A stretch of 64,000 nt of DNA from IMG/VR virus record IMGVR_UViG_3300049893_000724, positions 32,001 to 96,000 of that record. One strand, written 5' to 3'. The DNA comes from a virus. The position numbers and the translations under genes were made by a program. The notes under the pieces are model-generated. The model saw nothing but the letters and a program-made list of their open reading frames with translations, made no database searches and was not told the DNA's origin. Positions within the stretch are counted from its first letter, which is position 1, and each line of letters begins with the position of its first letter. Positions 54,971 through 64,000 of this stretch are shown here, piece by piece.

Positions 54971-55971
54971 GATCCGTAACTAAATTCTTCTCTTGCAATT
55001 TGGTCAAGTTTTTCCATCACTTCTTCTGTGAAGTATTCTTCTGGATTGGCAAGAATTTGTTTGGCATAGATCTTCTTACCATCCATCTCATAGCGTCCCG
55101 CTACATTCTTCCAGAGTCCACCAAGTTCACCAAGTTCCAGAAGACCATAGTAACGATCAAGGCCGCGCTCATCATAATACAAACGGACTTCAACATCTTT
55201 GTTCTCCTTACTCAGACGCGACTTAGCAGTCTTAGCTTTGATAATATTGCCGACCACTTCTGTTCCATCTTTTTCCTTCTTTTTGCTGAGATAGATGATC
55301 GTACTTGCTGCGTACTTGAGTCCAGAACCTCCGCCCATTTCTTTTGTTGGTACGTAAGCTCCGATGACATCGTATGTATGATTTGTGACAATGAGCGGAA
55401 CATTTGCCTGTCCTAGTTTAAGGGTTAACATTCGGAAAGCACCTTTAACAAGTTGCGATTTAGTCATATCACGAACTTGCTTATCGTTCAGTGCATCAGT
55501 AATTTCTTTCTCAGTGGAAAGCATACCAAGAGAGTCTAGCACAAACATACAAGGTTTGCGTTCTTCTACAGGTTTTTTTAAGTATAGGTCTACTGCCTTA
55601 AGTGCTTTAGTACGGAACTCCTCAATCGTAACGACATTAACAACAACAAGACGAGAAGTATCAATTCCACGCGATTCTACAAGGGATTTGGTGATAGCGG
55701 CTTCAGTATCAAAGTAGAGACAATAACCATCGGGGTGAGTATCAAGAAAATTCTTAACCACAGCGAGAGAGAAGAAAGTTTTTCCAGTAGAAGACTCTCC
55801 AGCAATAGCAGTAATCTTATTCCCAGATACACCACCAAATATGCTACCTGAAACCAGTGCATTAAAAATGTACGAACCCGTGTCAACATAAGTCTCAGTC
55901 TCATCAATATCGGACGCTAACTTAGTAAAGTCATCACCAATTTCTTTTACAATATCTTTAAGAAAATCCAT
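54967..55971 (-). CDS. uvsX: RecA-like recombinase UvsX
   Basis: GESSTGKT, FVLDSLG, MGGGSGLKY. Confidence 0.95.
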   Translation of the reverse strand: MDFLKDIVKEIGDDFTKLASDIDETETYVDTGSYIFNALVSGSIFGGVSGNKITAIAGESSTGKTFFSLAVVKNFLDTHPDGYCLYFDTEAAITKSLVESRGIDTSRLVVVNVVTIEEFRTKALKAVDLYLKKPVEERKPCMFVLDSLGMLSTEKEITDALNDKQVRDMTKSQLVKGAFRMLTLKLGQANVPLIVTNHTYDVIGAYVPTKEMGGGSGLKYAASTIIYLSKKKEKDGTEVVGNIIKAKTAKSRLSKENKDVEVRLYYDERGLDRYYGLLELGELGGLWKNVAGRYEMDGKKIYAKQILANPEEYFTEEVMEKLDQIAREEFSYGS

Positions 55972-56135
55972 CACGCTACCATCCCGTATTCTTCACGAAG
56001 TATTTTTTTATAAGGTAAACCCTGTTCTCTGAGTTCTTTTACAAGTTTAAGTTTTTGAAACAATGCAGTGTCTCCACCAAGAGCCATAGCATTAATAATA
56101 GTATTCAATTCTTGATCATTAATAGGTAGATCCAT
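55971..56135 (-). CDS. Small hypothetical protein (54 aa)
   Basis: Manual translation MDLPINDQELNTIINAMALGGD...YGMVA*; overlaps both neighbours. Confidence 0.65.
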   Translation of the reverse strand: MDLPINDQELNTIINAMALGGDTALFQKLKLVKELREQGLPYKKILREEYGMVA

Positions 56136-58630
56136 TAAGCAAAAAAGAGTTCAAGGTTTACAGTTTTTTCTACACTCCACCCAATAGAATCAAGGATAAT
56201 CTTGAGTGGTTCTAGAAATGCTTTCTCAAATTGTAAGTCATAGTCTATGTATTTGTCAAGATTAAGTTCCTTTGGAAAATCTTGAATAAACGAGATAACA
56301 TTCTCGTGAATTGTATTTGGTTTCTTAAGATAAACAAACTTAATCTTCTCACCGTTTTGAATGGCAGAATACTTATTAGTAAGTTTGTTCTTTTTAATAT
56401 AATGATTAAACAGAAGTGCTCCACGAACATGAATAGGCGTTCCCTTCACATAAATGTCTGATGATGATTGATACTTTTGAACATCAGATGCTGAACGTGG
56501 AAAAGAAATAGATTCTGGAGAAAGTGTCCTGAATTCAAGGCGACATTTGTCAATGAAACTAATCATATCGTCTTCAGTTCCACTCATCATAATATTGAAA
56601 GAATCTTTGAGCATTTTGCGGCAAGGTGCTGGTGTGGATGACTTGATTGCTTCAATACCTTTAATCTTCAGTTTTGGTTTCTCATAACGAACACCTTCAC
56701 TATCCCATACGCTGAGAATATATCGCTTTTTCGCAGTCCAAATGCCACGTTCAGCAATACACTCACGCTTCATAATCATTTTCTGTTCGTAGGCGTTTGC
56801 GTAGTCAGCCAATTCTTGGTAAGAACCTTCAATATACTTCTCAAGTTCCACCTTACAGATCTTATCAAGGAACGTGACAATGCCTTCAGTAGTTTTCTCT
56901 CTTCCCTTGAATATAGTTTCAACCAGAGGACCCATATTGATATAAAGAGAATCAGTATCAGATGCAATAACATAATCTTCACCATCCGTTTTGAGAACTT
57001 TGTTTAGATAAGAATTAACACGGTTCATAATCCACTGAATAGAAACCTGTCCAGAGAGAGTAATCGCTTCAGCATTTGCGAGTTTGTAATAACGGAAATA
57101 CTGATTGCCGATAGCACCATAAGCAGAGTTAAGTTGAATCTTACGTGCCATCTGAATGTTATTGCATCGGGCAATCTCTTTTACAAGTTCTTTATTCTTT
57201 GTCTTTTCATATTCTTGCTCTGCCGCAAGCATTTTCTTTTTGAAGATTACACGTTCATTATAAATTTTTTCCATCAGTTCAGGAAGAAATCCACGCACGT
57301 CTTTGCGATACATTGCACCGTTAGCACAAATCGCATAGTCCTTGTACAGTTCAAAATTAAGACTTTGGTTCAGGATTTTATCCACAGAGACTGTTGGATG
57401 CTTTTCTTCTACAAGAGTTTCTGGTGAGATGTTATACATCATAATCAGGTGGGGATATAGTGAGTTTAAGTCAAAACTCACTACCCAATCATACATTCCA
57501 GGGATGGGTTCTTTTACATAAGCACCAGCATACTTTTCGTCTTTCTGTGTTTTATTCTTTGGGGGAATAACAATGTCTCTCTTCTTCAAATAAGTGTAGA
57601 TAATATTATCCCACATACGAACTTGATAGAACACATCGGCATAATTTACTTTGGCATCATATGCCATCGTAAGTGCAAGTTCAATCAGTTTCATCTTGTC
57701 CTCAAGACGATCAACAAGTTCTACGTCAACAATGTTATATTCAATGAACTTCTGCCAACCTTGAGTGTAGAAATCTTTGAAGGTATCAAACTCAGAGTGA
57801 TCAAGTTTTTTAGAACCAAGTTCAACCTCAGCGATATAATCAAGGCGATATGATTCCTGATTTGTATAGGTGAACTTCTTATACAAATCAAGATAATCAA
57901 GTTGAGTCAAGCCACCCACATCGAAAGTGGTGTGCTTTCTTCCCTTGATATAAGTTTCACCCTCAGTGACAAGTCCCCAGTTGGAGAATCTCTTCATTAG
58001 TTTCTCACCAAGGACACGATTGAGTCGTTTGCAGATATAAGGAATATCATACAACTGAATATTCCAACCAGTAATCACATCAGGAACATTCACCATCCAA
58101 TAGTTGATGAAATGACTCAACAACTCATACTCAGAGGGACAGTGATGGTACGTCAAGTCCTTACGATTATGCTTGAAAGGTTTAACACCCCAAGTAATGA
58201 TTTCCTTAGTTGTATAGTCCTGAATAGTGATTGCAAGAATCTCTTCAGAGCAAGATTCCACATCAGGGAATCCTTCTTCAGAAGCAACCTCAATATCCAA
58301 AGTTACAAGTTTGATTTTACTGATATCAAACTTGATTTCATCCTCTGGATATTTTTCTGAGATGTATTGGTAGATATATCTGTCATTGCCGTAGATTTCA
58401 AATCCATCTACGCCTTCATACTTACTATAAAACTCACGACAGTCTTTTACTGTACCAGGTTTAACTGGTTCAACTTTTTCTCCACTTAATGTTCTATACT
58501 TAGAATCTTTTTTAGTTTTTACAAAAAGGGTTGGGAAGAACTCATCCCTTGTTTCAAATCTTTTACCATTCTCTACGCCACGAACCAAAAATTGATTTCC
58601 AATCAATTGAACATTAGTGTAAAATCTCAT
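56135..58630 (-). CDS. gp43: Family B DNA polymerase (T4 gp43)
   Basis: DIEV, SFDLNSLYP, KIQLNSAYG, ASDTDS; no intein or intron. Confidence 0.98.
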   Translation of the reverse strand: MRFYTNVQLIGNQFLVRGVENGKRFETRDEFFPTLFVKTKKDSKYRTLSGEKVEPVKPGTVKDCREFYSKYEGVDGFEIYGNDRYIYQYISEKYPEDEIKFDISKIKLVTLDIEVASEEGFPDVESCSEEILAITIQDYTTKEIITWGVKPFKHNRKDLTYHHCPSEYELLSHFINYWMVNVPDVITGWNIQLYDIPYICKRLNRVLGEKLMKRFSNWGLVTEGETYIKGRKHTTFDVGGLTQLDYLDLYKKFTYTNQESYRLDYIAEVELGSKKLDHSEFDTFKDFYTQGWQKFIEYNIVDVELVDRLEDKMKLIELALTMAYDAKVNYADVFYQVRMWDNIIYTYLKKRDIVIPPKNKTQKDEKYAGAYVKEPIPGMYDWVVSFDLNSLYPHLIMMYNISPETLVEEKHPTVSVDKILNQSLNFELYKDYAICANGAMYRKDVRGFLPELMEKIYNERVIFKKKMLAAEQEYEKTKNKELVKEIARCNNIQMARKIQLNSAYGAIGNQYFRYYKLANAEAITLSGQVSIQWIMNRVNSYLNKVLKTDGEDYVIASDTDSLYINMGPLVETIFKGREKTTEGIVTFLDKICKVELEKYIEGSYQELADYANAYEQKMIMKRECIAERGIWTAKKRYILSVWDSEGVRYEKPKLKIKGIEAIKSSTPAPCRKMLKDSFNIMMSGTEDDMISFIDKCRLEFRTLSPESISFPRSASDVQKYQSSSDIYVKGTPIHVRGALLFNHYIKKNKLTNKYSAIQNGEKIKFVYLKKPNTIHENVISFIQDFPKELNLDKYIDYDLQFEKAFLEPLKIILDSIGWSVEKTVNLELFFA

Positions 58631-58890
58631 TCTTTAATTAAGTCCTCATATTTTTCAAGTAGAGTCGGAGTTGGATCTGCTAAAGTTAAAATCTTGTCCG
58701 AACTCATCATAAATGTATCTTGCTTTGTAACTCCAAGCAAGAATGGTTCTAAAGTTTGGTCGCTTTTTACAACGAATGGATTAGTCAGTTTACAGTCTGG
58801 TTCTCCAATGTCAGCACCAACTTCTTCAATTTGTGTTATCAGAATTTGATTGTTCAGTAGTGCTAGTATCTTGATTGTTTTCGGTTCCAC
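58627..58890 (-). CDS. Small Sm-like hypothetical protein
   Basis: ORF track; similar in style to the upstream gene. Confidence 0.7.
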   Translation of the reverse strand: MEPKTIKILALLNNQILITQIEEVGADIGEPDCKLTNPFVVKSDQTLEPFLLGVTKQDTFMMSSDKILTLADPTPTLLEKYEDLIKE

Positions 58891-59209
58891 GGGATAAAAC
58901 GTCCTCCACGTACATTTCTGATAGTTTTACAATAGGTTCTACAATAGTCACAACCCAGTCTGCAGCAACTGGAATGACGTGATCTTTTGAAAGGGGCATC
59001 CAAGGATATAGAGATACTTGATATGCTGCCTTTTTCTGTTCTTCGGTGCTTTCTTCGGTTAAAAGACTAGGGTCTCTCATTTTAACCAAACAAGGTTTGT
59101 TAAGAAAATATCCAACCACTCTTCGGTCTTCATCCTCACCCACAACCATTTCTTTAATGTCAGAAATAATATCTTCTCCCGACTTTAAAAGTAAAAGTTT
59201 GATCGTCAT
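58826..59209 (-). CDS. Small Sm-like hypothetical protein
   Basis: MTIKLLLLKSGEDII, LYPWMPLSKD. Confidence 0.75.
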   Translation of the reverse strand: MTIKLLLLKSGEDIISDIKEMVVGEDEDRRVVGYFLNKPCLVKMRDPSLLTEESTEEQKKAAYQVSLYPWMPLSKDHVIPVAADWVVTIVEPIVKLSEMYVEDVLSRGTENNQDTSTTEQSNSDNTN

Positions 59210-59214
59210 TTGTA

Positions 59215-59238
59215 CTCCATACCTCCATACCTCCATAC
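59215..59238. repeat. 3 x CTCCATAC tandem repeat
   Basis: Three exact 8-mers; on the minus strand GTATGGAG x3 just before the ATG at 59209. Confidence 0.9.
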
Positions 59239-59267
59239 ATTCTACCAATAAAAAAAGGAGGAGTCAA
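59239..59267 (-). promoter_or_regulatory. sigma70 promoter overlapping a terminator
   Basis: TTGACT-17-TAGAAT; GAGGAG/CTCCTC stem + T7. Confidence 0.7.
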
Positions 59268-59316
59268 CCTGGATTTTGCCAGGAACTCCTCTTGCGCCGA
59301 CGATATTCAAAAGTAT

Positions 59317-59502
59317 TTATTCGCCGCCATTACCTCCACCCCCATTTCCACCATCTCCATCACCATTACCACCAGCACTTGAGCGACTTCTTACGGGAAC
59401 TGCGTATCCTTTTGGAATTCTTTTTGATTTACCTTGCGAATAAACAGTATGTGGAACTGCTCCTTGATATGCAATTTTTTGAAATTCGTCGAAAGATTTC
59501 AT
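59317..59502 (-). CDS. Small protein with Gly-rich tail
   Basis: MKSFDEFQKIA...GGNGDGDGGNGGGGNGGE. Confidence 0.6.
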   Translation of the reverse strand: MKSFDEFQKIAYQGAVPHTVYSQGKSKRIPKGYAVPVRSRSSAGGNGDGDGGNGGGGNGGE

Positions 59503-59515
59503 TTTTTATTTTTAT

Positions 59516-59950
59516 TTAGAGATAATCTTTTCGCTTGTGGTGATCAGGAACAATCCTACCAAGAGTAATATTCAGAAGCCCATCCTCAAAATCAACTGAT
59601 CTAACTTCCGTATCATCAGAGAGTGTCCACGCTCTCTTAAAACTCCGTTGAGCCAAACCTTTGTGGAGATAGTTGGACTCCGTTTCTTTATCTTCTTTTT
59701 GACCTTCAACAAAGAGTTTTCCATCTTGCGTGTAGACATAAACCTCCTTCTTTTTAAATCCAGCAAGAGCGAGTTCAAGTCTTGATTCTACATTACTGAC
59801 TTGAACTAAGTTATATGGTGGATAGTTTGTAGTGGTTTCGTGCAGATGGAAAAGACGGTCAAAGTATTCATCCATTCCGATTGAGTTGCGAGTAATCTTC
59901 TCCATTAGGGCAGGAAGATCCGCAGCAGTATAACGTGCAAGGTTAGTCAT
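59516..59950 (-). CDS. hsp20: Small heat-shock protein Hsp20
   Basis: NYPPYNL, LALAGF, HKGLAQRSF, DGLLNI. Confidence 0.95.
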   Translation of the reverse strand: MTNLARYTAADLPALMEKITRNSIGMDEYFDRLFHLHETTTNYPPYNLVQVSNVESRLELALAGFKKKEVYVYTQDGKLFVEGQKEDKETESNYLHKGLAQRSFKRAWTLSDDTEVRSVDFEDGLLNITLGRIVPDHHKRKDYL

Positions 59951-60004
59951 TTTAGTAGCTCCTTTAAAAGCGAGTTTGTGTTGTGTGGACCCTTACGGCA
60001 TCCA
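59951..60004 (-). promoter_or_regulatory. ROSE-like structured hsp20 leader
   Basis: GGATGCC-GTAA-GGGTCC hairpin, then CTCGCT-TTTA-AAGGAG pairing over the SD. Confidence 0.55.
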
Positions 60005-60058
60005 TTACTAATTATAAGAGAAACGAAAAAAAGAGGGGTGTTGATAACCCCCCCCCCT

Positions 60059-60406
60059 TCAAGCAACACGCTCAACATAGTAACCGTATTGTTTAGTGTC
60101 TTCTCGATAAGCTTTTGAGGTTTTCCATAAACGACCACCAACCTTATCACTACTCGGAACATTTGGACGACCAAGACCATCTTCCCAATCTTTTGGCGAA
60201 ACTGTTTTCCAAAACCAATCCCCAATTTCATAACTAGGGTCTCTCCAAGGATAGGAAAATCCACGACCCGAATAGTTACGTGCCTTTATCACAACATATG
60301 GACGTTGTTTTTTAGTGCCTCGTGAAAAAAGGGGAACCTCATGAGATGTTGATTCAAGTTTCATGGTTTCAATGTTAAACGTTCTGTCTAGTTGATTAAA
60401 AGTCAT
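60059..60406 (-). CDS. Hypothetical protein
   Basis: ORF track; follows a TTGACA-17-TACAAT promoter. Confidence 0.65.
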   Translation of the reverse strand: MTFNQLDRTFNIETMKLESTSHEVPLFSRGTKKQRPYVVIKARNYSGRGFSYPWRDPSYEIGDWFWKTVSPKDWEDGLGRPNVPSSDKVGGRLWKTSKAYREDTKQYGYYVERVA

Positions 60407-60439
60407 AATGTACTTGTATTGTCATTTAGTGTCCGTGTT

Positions 60440-60474
60440 ATTGTACCAATAAAAAAGACCCCTGTCAAGGGGTC
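60440..60474 (-). terminator. regA terminator with -35 hexamer as loop
   Basis: GACCCC-TTGACA-GGGGTC + T6; TACAAT 17 nt downstream of TTGACA. Confidence 0.8.
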
Positions 60475-60524
60475 TTTGGGTGTTCCGACTTTTGTAGAGT
60501 GCCGCACGAATGGCACAAGACTAT

Positions 60525-60962
60525 TTATTCTGCCTCAGCAGTTTTTCCTTTCTTACCAATATTATACTTCTGTTCCAAAATCCAATCGCCCTTGTCCTTA
60601 TATGCAAGAACTTTGATTTGGTTCAGAGGTGCAATGTCGTTTACACTGTCAGGTTTTACAACCGTGATTAGTCCCCAATCAGCAAGAAGACGGACAATGC
60701 GATTGCGGCGTTGAACGTCATTCACAGTCAGGTTAGCGTGCTTACCATCCAGGGCAAACAGTTCCTTAAAGTGAACGATGTAATATCTACCTTGCTTATG
60801 AAGAATGTGGCAAGATTGATAGAGTTTTTTCTCCTTACGCGATGCAACTCCGATACGGGTCAGGGTTTCACGAACTTTAAGGAAATCATCGGGTTCATTG
60901 AGAATGACCTCGACCATTTGGTCTTGAGCCCATTCTACTGTAGGTTCTACCGTGGTAGTCAT
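60525..60962 (-). CDS. regA: Translational repressor RegA
   Basis: FLKVRETLTRIG, LYQSCHILHKQG, HFKELF. Confidence 0.96.
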   Translation of the reverse strand: MTTTVEPTVEWAQDQMVEVILNEPDDFLKVRETLTRIGVASRKEKKLYQSCHILHKQGRYYIVHFKELFALDGKHANLTVNDVQRRNRIVRLLADWGLITVVKPDSVNDIAPLNQIKVLAYKDKGDWILEQKYNIGKKGKTAEAE

Positions 60963-61327
60963 TTGGATCCTCCAATATCAAGTCGTTGTTTAATAAAGTT
61001 AAGTTGTTCTTTTGTCAGGATTTTCAGTGCTTGGGATGCCTTCTCATTACTATAACCATAGTATGATTTAACACATTCTAAGTCTGTAACCTTATCCTTT
61101 CGGAGCCAGGGAGAAAATCTCTTCTTTTTCCTTAGACTATTTAGATAAAACGAATATTGCATATCTTTGTCAAGTTGATGATGCATATTCATTTCGTTTG
61201 CATACATTAAACAATCAATATGCCCAGACAAACAACGATTTACAATATATGGAGGATAAGACTTAATATCCTCTGCCAAATCTTCTTTTGTAAAATTAAT
61301 TGAGTTTAACCAGTCTTTGAGTTCCAT
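60959..61327 (-). CDS. gp62: Clamp loader small subunit (T4 gp62)
   Basis: YPPYIVNRCLS, YYGYSNEKA. Confidence 0.92.
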   Translation of the reverse strand: MELKDWLNSINFTKEDLAEDIKSYPPYIVNRCLSGHIDCLMYANEMNMHHQLDKDMQYSFYLNSLRKKKRFSPWLRKDKVTDLECVKSYYGYSNEKASQALKILTKEQLNFIKQRLDIGGSK

Positions 61328-62442
61328 TATCGAATAATTTGAATGTCATCATTATCTGTCCAGAGTTCGACCTTTGTCCTGAACCTATTTTCCTCTTTTA
61401 GTTTTTCATATCTCTTCGATGCCTTCTTTTTCCACCAAGAAATAATATTTTCTAAGTAATACTTATCCCAGTTTGGACCACGAAGAAGTTCAGTTTGTTC
61501 TCCAAGAATAACCTCACGAACATTTGAATATCCATACTCACAGATATAAAATCTTTTCTTTTGAGTGAGAGCAAAAGCAGCATTAATCACTTCATTGAAT
61601 GTAGAAAGTTTTTCTTTATCTTGAAGTGAATTACGGATGATGGAAATCATTTTAGTCTGACGCTTCATCTTTTTAGATGATGCTTTGTTGTCAGTAAGAG
61701 GAGTATTGTTATTGAGTAAAGTAAACCTATCGTGAAGTTTGTGAAATGCCTCATCGTGAAGCAAAGGGAGAAACTTACTTTCAGTCAGTCCCTTGTACCT
61801 CATAAAAGGTTTAAGACCATCATACTGAGATGCATCTGTAGTAGAACCATAGAGAGATGTGGTTTCAAACAAAGCAATATCTTTTTCAAATACTTTGTTT
61901 AGAGTTTCCCTTGCATAATGAGAACAACAGAAAAGAGCAAGAAGTTTACCGCCAAGATAATTATATCCAAACGGTTGAGAAGGAACAATCACAAAACCCA
62001 TCGCTGCATGGCGATTAAAAATAGAAAGGTCTGGTGCTTTTCCCAACCATTCATTTCTTGGTTTTGAATTGATAGTAGGTGAACCAAAACGAATAAATCC
62101 AAGAACTTTTTTTGTGTTCTTTTCAAATATCATCCAACGAAGTTCTCTACCAGGAATGTTCTCTTCATTATTATGCGAAGAAACTACCTTAAGAAGAGTA
62201 TTGTAATGTTCTTGAGGAAGTGCCTGCTGAAAACGATCTCCAATGAATTTAATATCAAACTCCATATCTTCAGGATGAATATCCTCATTGAAGAACTCAT
62301 CATGAAGAGGTGCTAAAGTATTAGTTCCTTTGATAACTTCCTTCTTTACAAAACGCAAGTAGTCTTCAATATTTCCCATTTGGGAAAAATACTTGATGAA
62401 TTCATCAGCAGCCCACTGAGCATCCTGTTCAGAAACGATCAT
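61327..62442 (-). CDS. DUF4338 / DruA-like protein
   Basis: GFIRFGSP, VPSQPFGYNYLGGKLLA, ETTSLYG. Confidence 0.6.
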   Translation of the reverse strand: MIVSEQDAQWAADEFIKYFSQMGNIEDYLRFVKKEVIKGTNTLAPLHDEFFNEDIHPEDMEFDIKFIGDRFQQALPQEHYNTLLKVVSSHNNEENIPGRELRWMIFEKNTKKVLGFIRFGSPTINSKPRNEWLGKAPDLSIFNRHAAMGFVIVPSQPFGYNYLGGKLLALFCCSHYARETLNKVFEKDIALFETTSLYGSTTDASQYDGLKPFMRYKGLTESKFLPLLHDEAFHKLHDRFTLLNNNTPLTDNKASSKKMKRQTKMISIIRNSLQDKEKLSTFNEVINAAFALTQKKRFYICEYGYSNVREVILGEQTELLRGPNWDKYYLENIISWWKKKASKRYEKLKEENRFRTKVELWTDNDDIQIIR

Positions 62443-63386
62443 TTGAACTCACACTCCACCATAATTTCTGTTAGGGCAGCAAGAAGATTTATTTCTTGGT
62501 CAGCAACGAACGCACATTGGTATTGATACTTAGCAATAATAAGAACGGCAGCAGGAATAGACTGGGGTGAAAGATTATCAAAAGCGGCGTCATAAACCCT
62601 GCGAAGTAGATTGCTAGCGTCGTTGTCCAGGTTCCCGACCACCCACTTTCGGACCTCAGTAAAGTTTTTATCTTTGAGATACTTGATAAGATCATTTGTT
62701 TTTACATCAGAAAAAGAAGCAAGAATACCAGAATTAATTTCGCCACCCGAAGAATAACGTTGGCACTCATTAAGAACTCGCCTCCAATCGGGGAAGTGTT
62801 TATTAATCAGTTCAAGGAGAACTTTGTTGTCAAACTTGACATTTTCCTTTTGAAGGATGTCTTGAAGGCGTCCATAAAATCCAGCAGCAAGTTGTGCCTT
62901 TTCTTTTCCCCTGATACTAAAGTCAACGACTGCACAACGGGAATGAAGGGGTTCAATGATTTTGTTTTTGTAGTTGCAGGTGAAGATAAATCGGCAGTTG
63001 TTAGCAAACTCCTCAATAGACGCCCGTAGGAGGAGTTGAACGTCGTTGGTTGTGTTATCTGCCTCATCAATGAGGATGACTTTGTGTTTAGCAGTTGACG
63101 AAAGTGATACGGTCGAAGCGAAGTTTTTCGCATTGTTTCTGACAGTATCAAGGAATCGACCCTCATCGGATCCATTGATGACATAAACATCGACTCCTAG
63201 TTCATTACAAAGTGCTTTAGCGACTGTAGTCTTACCACATCCAGCAGGACCAGCAAGAAGAAGATTTGGCACTTCTCCCTTATCTAGAAAATTTTTAAAA
63301 GTTTGTTTAGTTGCATCTGGAAGAATACAATCCTCAATAGTTTTGGGTCGATATTTCTCAACCCACAAAAATTCATCACGACTCAT
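62439..63386 (-). CDS. gp44: Clamp loader large subunit (T4 gp44)
   Basis: WVEKYRP, GPAGCGKT, DEAD, LHSRC; start MSRDEF at 63386. Confidence 0.96.
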   Translation of the reverse strand: MSRDEFLWVEKYRPKTIEDCILPDATKQTFKNFLDKGEVPNLLLAGPAGCGKTTVAKALCNELGVDVYVINGSDEGRFLDTVRNNAKNFASTVSLSSTAKHKVILIDEADNTTNDVQLLLRASIEEFANNCRFIFTCNYKNKIIEPLHSRCAVVDFSIRGKEKAQLAAGFYGRLQDILQKENVKFDNKVLLELINKHFPDWRRVLNECQRYSSGGEINSGILASFSDVKTNDLIKYLKDKNFTEVRKWVVGNLDNDASNLLRRVYDAAFDNLSPQSIPAAVLIIAKYQYQCAFVADQEINLLAALTEIMVECEFK

Positions 63387-63388
63387 AA

Positions 63389-63511
63389 TTAAATCCAATC
63401 TGGTTTTTTTAAATAAGAACTTGGGACAATTTCCAACCATTCTTTTCCATCAAAAATATACAACTTATGTGTATATTTGTGCAGGAAAACATCACCTTTT
63501 TGATATTTCAT
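63389..63511 (-). CDS. Small hypothetical protein (40 aa)
   Basis: Manual translation MKYQKGDVFLHKYTHKLYIFDGKEWLEIVPSSYLKKPDWI*. Confidence 0.5.
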   Translation of the reverse strand: MKYQKGDVFLHKYTHKLYIFDGKEWLEIVPSSYLKKPDWI

Positions 63512-64000
63512 ACCCATTCAGGTTTACGTTCTGGCATACGAAGATAATTATCCTTCACCCAAGGTTTTGAAGCAATGTACCTTTTATATGCAGTAAAGGT
63601 ATCAATACTATCGTCAAATTTCCATTCCTCAGGCATAGCACGAGCAAATGGAGTCACTTCTGTTATCTTGCCTTTGGGGAACAGATAATAAGCATCTACA
63701 AGAGTCTTGTAGCAGGAGTGAGTCTTATTATATCGCAATGCATACTCATCACACAAGTTCATACCCCACTTAATCAACCAATAGGCATTGTGGATATTAT
63801 CCAGTGCCCATTTGGTACAGGGATGATTACGAAACGCACCCTTTTCAGTTCTGTAGGGAGTGCCATCAGTTTTAGGTAGAGTGCCGTAGTTATGACCCCA
63901 TTTTTCAGATGCCACAATGGAAAGCATTTGGCAGCATTCCAGGGGCATCTTGACGATGTGTTTGTCGGGAAGACAGACGGCACTTTCTGCAGGCCAAGGT
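63508..64000 (-). CDS. Pyrimidine-dimer glycosylase-like protein, 5'-truncated by the window end
   Basis: Frame stays open to the window edge: ...LPDKHIVKMPLECCQML...NHPCTKW...FARAMP...YKRY...K. Confidence 0.7.
   Translation of the reverse strand, partial: PWPAESAVCLPDKHIVKMPLECCQMLSIVASEKWGHNYGTLPKTDGTPYRTEKGAFRNHPCTKWALDNIHNAYWLIKWGMNLCDEYALRYNKTHSCYKTLVDAYYLFPKGKITEVTPFARAMPEEWKFDDSIDTFTAYKRYIASKPWVKDNYLRMPERKPEWV

Noticed and set aside
60048-60057. C10 homopolymer, possible phase-variation tract
   Set aside because: It is intergenic and forms one arm of a terminator-like hairpin; the length may be a sequencing error and no frame is affected.

Overview
This is a 64 kb segment of a large T4-like cyanobacterial myovirus (Kyanoviridae-like; a freshwater Synechococcus/Cyanobium host is only an inference). 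Almost everything is on the minus strand. In window order: phoH (partial), thyX, speD, glutaredoxin, psbD and psbA; a divergent plus-strand four-gene late operon; a nuclease; an autotransporter-like protein; two cell-wall enzymes; a peroxiredoxin/hli/ferredoxin block; pstS plus a cyanobacterial porin; a 13.4 kb AT-rich glycosylation island (GT25, GT6, GT11, GT4, gmd, fcl, C-methyltransferase and others); a tRNA region with 10 tRNAs (11 in the window, counting tRNA-Ala) interleaved with PTOX, Dps and an HNH endonuclease; nrdB/nrdA, primase and probable virion proteins; and the T4 replication core (gp41, uvsX, gp43, regA, gp62, gp44) with mazG and hsp20. The most notable features the ORF track does not explain are: (1) tandem glutamine-riboswitch-like aptamers upstream of a DUF4278-like gene, the first of which has a whole 67-codon ORF inside its P2 loop; (2) an unannotated 40-aa NdhP homologue translationally coupled to PTOX; (3) a manA/wcaG-like structured RNA heading the glycosylation island; (4) a tRNA-like orphan RNA in the tRNA array; (5) candidate translational switches upstream of the autotransporter, HNH and hsp20 genes; (6) repeated terminators that carry the next -35 box in their loop. 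All family names come from motif recognition by eye; no database search was run.
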